In this document: piece by piece, positions 47,031 to 47,447 of the stretch
Numbering within the stretch: the first letter of the stretch is position 1
How the letters are laid out: each line of letters starts with the position of its first letter
Assembly: GCA_007117055.1 (NCBI GenBank)
Contig: SKHH01000038.1
Location: 1-47,447, forward strand
Reading direction: 5' to 3'
Origin: Lishizhenia sp.
GTDB lineage: Bacteria > Bacteroidota > Bacteroidia > Flavobacteriales_D > Crocinitomicaceae
DNA length: 47,447 bases
Position numbers and translations under genes: made by a program
The notes under the pieces: generated by a model
The model's input: only the letters and a program-made list of their open reading frames with translations
What the model was told of the DNA's origin: nothing
The model's database searches: none

Positions 47031-47096
47031 CTTTTATTTGTTTATAGAGGTTATTTGATTATTTACCATTACACACAAGTTAATACTAGGGGTTGT

Positions 47097-47447
47097 ATGA
47101 AAAATTTAAGAGCTCATATTAGGATGATTTTGGAGCAAGTCATGGAGGTTGCCAACCAGGTTGTTCAAGGGTTTGATTTGGATGTTTTCAGAGGGTTAAA
47201 GACTTTTAGGGAAAGGGTTGATTATTGTCAGCGTTCTTTGGTTCGGATTTCTTCTGGCAGTTCTAGGATTGTATATGATTTGGGTGATGGCAAAGTTTTA
47301 AAGATAGCCAGGAATAGAAAGGGTTTATCTCAGAACCAAAAAGAGGCTGCTTTATCGGATGATTGGGTATTTTCTTCTGAGGGGATAATTGCGAAGGTAT
47401 TGGATGAGGTTGAGAGTGGAGAGTGGATAATATCTGAGAAGGCCAGA
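47097..47447 (+). CDS. protein with a kinase-like Gly-loop/Lys motif, 5' partial (runs off window)
   Basis: Hand translation MKNLRAHIRMILEQVMEVANQVVQGFDLDVFRGLKTFRERVDYCQRSLVRISSGSSRIVYDLGDGKVLKIARNRKG..., open to 47447. Not in the ORF track. G/T-rich codon style unlike the rest of the window. Confidence 0.6.
   Translation, partial: MKNLRAHIRMILEQVMEVANQVVQGFDLDVFRGLKTFRERVDYCQRSLVRISSGSSRIVYDLGDGKVLKIARNRKGLSQNQKEAALSDDWVFSSEGIIAKVLDEVESGEWIISEKAR

Noticed and set aside
46683-47096. Interpreting the compositional break as a prophage-host junction (att site)
   Set aside because: No integrase, tRNA target or direct-repeat pair spanning the element is visible. The window also lacks any host-like housekeeping gene. 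This cannot be decided from the window, so it is reported only as a boundary.

Overview
This AT-rich 47.4-kb window reads like the early or host-takeover arm of a large lytic phage of a Bacteroidota-type host. The host call rests on leaders without Shine-Dalgarno sequences and one TTTG/TAnnTTTG promoter. I count about 105 short, tightly packed, often Glu/Asp-rich ORFs. Nearly all lie on the minus strand from about 45.1 kb down to position 1. A short divergent plus-strand block covers 45.5-46.7 kb, followed by an ORF-free compositional break (46.7-47.1 kb) and a partial plus-strand gene at the window edge. Recognisable products: an ECF-type sigma factor; a full ParB-like protein plus a ParB-HTH-only protein; a PP-loop/PAPS-reductase-like enzyme; a SprT-like zinc protease; two MORN-repeat proteins (one missed by the ORF track); an XRE-type HTH protein; a GP88-like protein; a ComM/YifB-like protein lacking the ATPase core; and a signal-peptide protein. 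A 4-tRNA island on the opposite strand holds three tRNAs reading Glu codons and one with a CAU anticodon. The dominant signal is non-coding. A bipartite element of about 35 nt (sense strand TAAAATCCACCAAAC-TCTCCC-N4-6-AACTCATTG) precedes almost every gene, in about 90 strand-locked copies by hand count, and usually contains the previous gene's stop codon. Anomalies around it are reported as separate findings. They include ORF-less motif-to-terminator units, antisense-facing copies, a 146-bp structured insertion splitting one copy, a triplicated copy at the strand switch, and a sub-module (27-30.7 kb) with different conserved intergenic elements. Many ORF-track N-termini run through the motif and are corrected here. 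Everything is from reading the sequence by hand; no searches were run.
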